The notes under the pieces are model-generated. The model ran no database searches. It was not told the DNA's origin and saw only the letters and a program-made list of their open reading frames with translations. From Hormiphora californensis (lineage: Eukaryota; Animalia; Ctenophora): DNA of 64,000 nucleotides. The position numbers and the translations under genes are program-made. The stretch spans positions 2,356,001-2,420,000 of the forward strand of contig CM035361.1 of the NCBI GenBank assembly GCA_020137815.1, read 5' to 3'. Positions 61,001 to 64,000 of the stretch are shown in pieces; the first letter of the stretch is position 1, and each line of letters begins with the position of its first letter.

Positions 61001-64000
61001 ACAAAGTGCAAAAATCAATTACCAGCATTACGATTTCGGAGAAATCTTCAGATAATGTCAATCTGCCTATCAGGTAAAACCCAGCTTTTTATTTGCAGAT
61101 TTATTTCTCTGAAACTTCATGGTGTTTCTTCCATAATTTCACATATCTTTTTGTTACAATTCGGTGATTCGTTTTATACCGGCCATTTGTATCCCCAACA
61201 ACTAGGACAATTATTATTTCAGGCACCATAGTATTTCTGATTCGGTACAGGATTTTTGCTCGACAATATCCAAGGAATTTTCAGAGGTTTGTCAAATATT
61301 TTGTTTGGCTGATTGTCACCCACGCAGTTTTATCTCTAGTAACATAACGCAACATAATATGTTGTGCCCTATTAAGTATAATTCCCAGAATACTCCACTA
61401 TTATAATATGTGATATTTCGAAACCCACCATGTCCCATATAACCCACCAATTTTCCCAGATCGATACATCGGGGAAAGTGATCCAGGGACTAAATCTGGC
61501 TCCCATCAACGCTTCAATTTCAACCTTCTTGGATAAAACATCACAATTGTTGACGCTGAACAACCAGTGTTTGGCAATCAAGGAACAAATATCGCTATTT
61601 TTTAGGTGAGAGAGAGATTCAGAGCGTGCGAGGGATGATGGGATATCGTGGAAAAAGTGAGGGGATGCCGGGGTAGGGGTTGGAGTAAGTATCCAAACCA
61701 TGATGAAAACATCTCACCCACTGTTTCAGTTCGATTCGAGATGTGAAGGATTGGTTGGTGTCAGTAGGGAACCCCTTTATAAGCTCCCATGCCCTGGGCA
61801 CAGGGGCTGGAGCAGGCGAAGACTGGGAAAACTGCTTTCCTTCGGTTCCTTGCTACTAGCGGGTATGTTTTGAAATTCTTTTTGGTAAACGAGGAATACT
61901 TCGAATATATGACTGATAATAATCATAGATCTTCTGGTGAACAATAACAAACAAACATGTGTCATTATTTGTCATTTCATCTATATATCACCGGTAAAAT
62001 AATTTGCAGGTTGGACACAACAAAGCAGAAGATAACACAGTGCTCTAAGACAATGTCTGTTATTCTAAACTCTCACTTTCTGGATGATCGCAGTGCTAAC
62101 CTTATACGAGATACCTTTACTCAGGTACCAATCTTGTCTCTCACATTAGTTATTGTACCAATCTTCCTTTATCTCTCGGCTTAGTTATTGTAACAATCTC
62201 TCTTTTGTTCACAGACAGAGGTAGATTGGAAGGGGTTCGGTTTGGATGTCCAGGAGCATGGTCGGGATATCGATCTCACAATCGAATTCTTTGAGGCAGC
62301 GGAACGGGTCGCAACATACATCGCTGAAGGTGATATTTGAAAATATGTAGTAGGATATGTTTTGTATGTCAAGCTCTCACTAATTGTTATTTTGAGATTT
62401 TCAAAGCCGAGTCTGAACAATCTCTGAACAATATAGTACAACTGATTTGAACGGGCTTTTACAGCCTCAACAATATATCACAACTTCTAACATAATTTCC
62501 CTGCTTTTCAGAAGAGAGAGCCTCTTCCCACCTCCTCAACAACGCCAACATGACCCCTGAAAAAGCGGCTGAGTTCAGTAAACTGCGGCAAACAGTCCGA
62601 CAGACAAGCCAACACATGGATTTGTGTCACAGCAAGTTCGTGGAACTGAGCGCTTCAACGAATGCCACGTTGAAGCATATCAGGAGTGTAAAAACAAGGT
62701 GAGAACTGAGAGAGTTGCTGCAAGGTATTATACAGATGTTGGTGAGGTATTGGAGAGGTATTGGTGAGGTATTGGTGAGGTATTGGTGAGATATTGGTGA
62801 GGTATTTCTGTAGTGGTTTTTCGAAGTATTCGCCATGAGATCTTCTTCTGACCCGCTTTATTTGTTTACCGTTCCCAGATGTTTGACATGCAGAGAGTTT
62901 AAAAAAACAAACTTGTTGCATTCGCTGCATAATTCTCTCAACACTGTGCAAGCTGGCTTTTCCTCACTATTACATCATTCCAATCCTCAATGATAAATCT
63001 TGTTGAACAGATACTTAAATTTCCTGTTCAGATATACAAATTTCGTTTTCTCCCAGGGTTGATTGTGACTGGACCAAGTTTAGTGAACAAGTCCGGACCG
63101 CTGAAAAGCTTATCGAGGTCTCAGAAGAGGGCAGTGACCAGGTAGAGAAAGTGAGATTGGTATGTTAACTAAGGATAGTAAAAGTGAGATTGTTATGTTA
63201 ACTAAGGAGAGTAAAAGTGAGATTGTTATGTTAACTAAAGAGAGCACAAGTGAGATTGAACTAAGTGAGAACCCCACCAGGAGGATCGGAGCAGTGTTAC
63301 CAGTTTCGAGTTGAATGATGACGACAATGCGTACCGTAACACAAAACTACTGATCCAGGTACCAAAATAGTTACTCTCCAGTCTCCTGAATAATGAGATC
63401 TGAGCAAGAATGAAATAGGGAAGAAAATCGAAAAATTTACTTAGTTATTTTCTCTGAACAATTCTTGGTTTTATAATTCACATCTTTTGAAACTTTTCCT
63501 CCTTTTATCCAGGAACTGGTTAACACAGAACAGACCTATGTAGATGACTTGAAGTCAGTTGTTGAGGGATATAAGGAGAGGATAGAGGCAGCCTCGGATT
63601 GTCCCAAAGTTCTCAAAATTAACTGCACTACTGTGAGTTTAGGAGTCCTCCATTAGTACCATATTACAGTCATAGTATACACATGTGTTGTACGTAACTT
63701 ATAGAATTAGGTGTGATCCAATTATCCAATTAATAATTATTGTTCCACGCAACTATACTAGTATATTTTATTTGTGCCAACACGACTGCAATATATTGCG
63801 TTTAATTACAGCTGTAATTACAATATGTATAGTCACGATAAGTGCTGCACTATCTAACAGTTAACTGTAATAATTGATGATCACAGCGAACCGGAAGCAT
63901 TATATTGCAGTTTAAAGCTGTATAATAAGATGTTTATTGATCACTAGATTAATTTTTCAACTTTTTTTCTTCAGATTTTTGGCAACATCGAGGACATTTA
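58094..64000 (+). CDS. Sec14/CRAL-TRIO, spectrin-like and DH-domain Rho guanine nucleotide exchange factor (Dbl/Dbs/puratrophin/Trio type), runs off the window end
   Basis: LESGVLLFPGSVDKQRNPVIF...QVPSYFDGHMDFDERLWVETRAELEKF (Sec14-like N-terminus of Dbl-family GEFs); helical exons at 60.7-63.2 kb; DH start LIQ|ELVNTEQTYVDDLKSVVEGY...|IFGNIEDI. Apparent frameshifts at 58720-58890. Confidence 0.85.

Noticed and set aside
62738-62806. (GGTGAGGTATT)n as a donor-seeded repeat
   Set aside because: The phase-compatible donor is at 62699, so the repeat lies inside the intron although it resembles a donor consensus.

Overview
Eukaryotic, intron-rich and repeat-dense genomic DNA. The repeat families and a spliced-leader-like motif suggest a ctenophore, probably Pleurobrachia; this assignment is inference. 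Exons were assembled by eye from GT-AG boundaries and reading-frame phase. Genes found: an unknown coiled-coil protein gene with a duplicated last exon (5.8-14.8 kb), a partial CNBD2-like gene (16.6-18.7 kb), a divergent TGF-beta-superfamily ligand (22.5-31.2 kb), a CNRIP1 homologue (35.2-36.4 kb), an orphan class A GPCR (37.3-40.6 kb) with an IFI27/ISG12-like gene nested on the same strand in one intron, cyclin E on the minus strand (42.2-54.3 kb) and the 5' part of a Sec14/spectrin/DH RhoGEF (58.1 kb to end). Mobile DNA includes an intact Ty1/copia (GalEa-like) LTR element, nested in an 8-bp-TSD TIR element that sits exactly on the last splice acceptor of the TGF-beta gene, plus degraded R4/Dong and CRE LINE fragments and many MITEs/foldbacks. 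The most intriguing object is a 1.2-kb retroposed insertion (56072-57306). It has an 11-bp TSD, starts with a ctenophore-type spliced-leader-like sequence, encodes only an intact LINE ORF1-like protein and ends in (TAA)8. There is one 100-N gap and several regions with probable assembly errors.
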